Source: Bacteriovoracaceae bacterium
GTDB lineage: Bacteria; Bdellovibrionota; Bacteriovoracia; Bacteriovoracales; Bacteriovoracaceae
Reading direction: 5' to 3'
Assembly (NCBI GenBank): GCA_049599895.1
Contig: JBMYPC010000072.1
Coordinates: 1 to 15,458, forward strand
DNA length: 15,458 nt
Part shown: positions 15,172-15,458 of the stretch, piece after piece
How the letters are laid out: each line of letters starts with the position of its first letter
How positions within the stretch are numbered: the stretch's first letter is position 1
Notes under the pieces: model-generated
What the model was told of the DNA's origin: nothing
The model's input: the letters and a program-made list of their open reading frames with translations, nothing else
Database searches by the model: none
Position numbers and translations under genes: made by a program

Positions 15172-15412
15172 TTACCGTTCTTTCATTTGCTTCCTATAGT
15201 AACCTTTGATTGCACCGATCTGATTCTCACTCAAGCCAGATAAGTAGTTGTTTTCACCAAAGTTTTTACATAATCCATATTTGGATTCTGTAGATAGCTC
15301 TTTTCGGTACTTGTCGATGGCCCTTAGCATATGCTGATGAGAAATCTCAAAATGAGTTGCTAATTTTTTAGAATCAGTAACAAGACCTAAAGGAGTGTCT
15401 CTATATTTTCAT
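15172..15412 (-). pseudogene. Rha-family phage regulatory protein fragment (frameshifted and truncated)
   Basis: Minus frame 15405-15172 translates YRDTPLGLVTDSKKLATHFEISHQHMLRAIDKYRKELSTESKYGLCKNFGENNYLSG..., matching the Rha N-terminal pattern (VT.S..(I/L)A..F...H..(V/M)LR.I). It is preceded in frame by TGA, and the nearest upstream ATG (15412) is one base out of frame. Confidence 0.65.
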
Positions 15413-15458
15413 CTGAGAAAAGACTCTTAATGCATAAAAAAGAAACCCAATACCCGAC

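Noticed and set aside
15166..15179. Short tandem TTACCG/TTACCG-TT at the Rha fragment stop
   Set aside because: It is too short to distinguish from chance and no partner att-like copy is seen in the window.
1..15458. CRISPR array, tRNA/rRNA, transposase or integrase
   Set aside because: No regularly spaced repeats, cloverleaf or recombinase motifs were seen.

Overview
AT-rich bacterial chromosomal window. The gene content (DUF4360 pair, HTH/TIGR02147-like protein, sigma28-type promoter with no leader) suggests Bdellovibrionota, Bacteriovoracia-like; this taxonomy is inference only. The left part holds a large EF-hand-bearing protein truncated by the window edge, an NYN/PIN-domain protein and an acidic secreted protein. 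The middle is a 2-oxoglutarate dehydrogenase operon (sucA-sucB-lpdA) followed by a membrane-anchored hypothetical and a Nudix hydrolase. The most interesting part is 10.7-13.9 kb: two divergent DUF4360 secreted proteins, then an HTH regulator translationally coupled to a small secreted repeat protein. The two intergenic regions there share a dyad / 19 bp / IHF-like box layout, and one contains a 123-bp nested inverted-repeat element. The right end has a glycerophosphodiester phosphodiesterase, a lipoprotein and a broken Rha-family phage regulator remnant that the ORF track missed.
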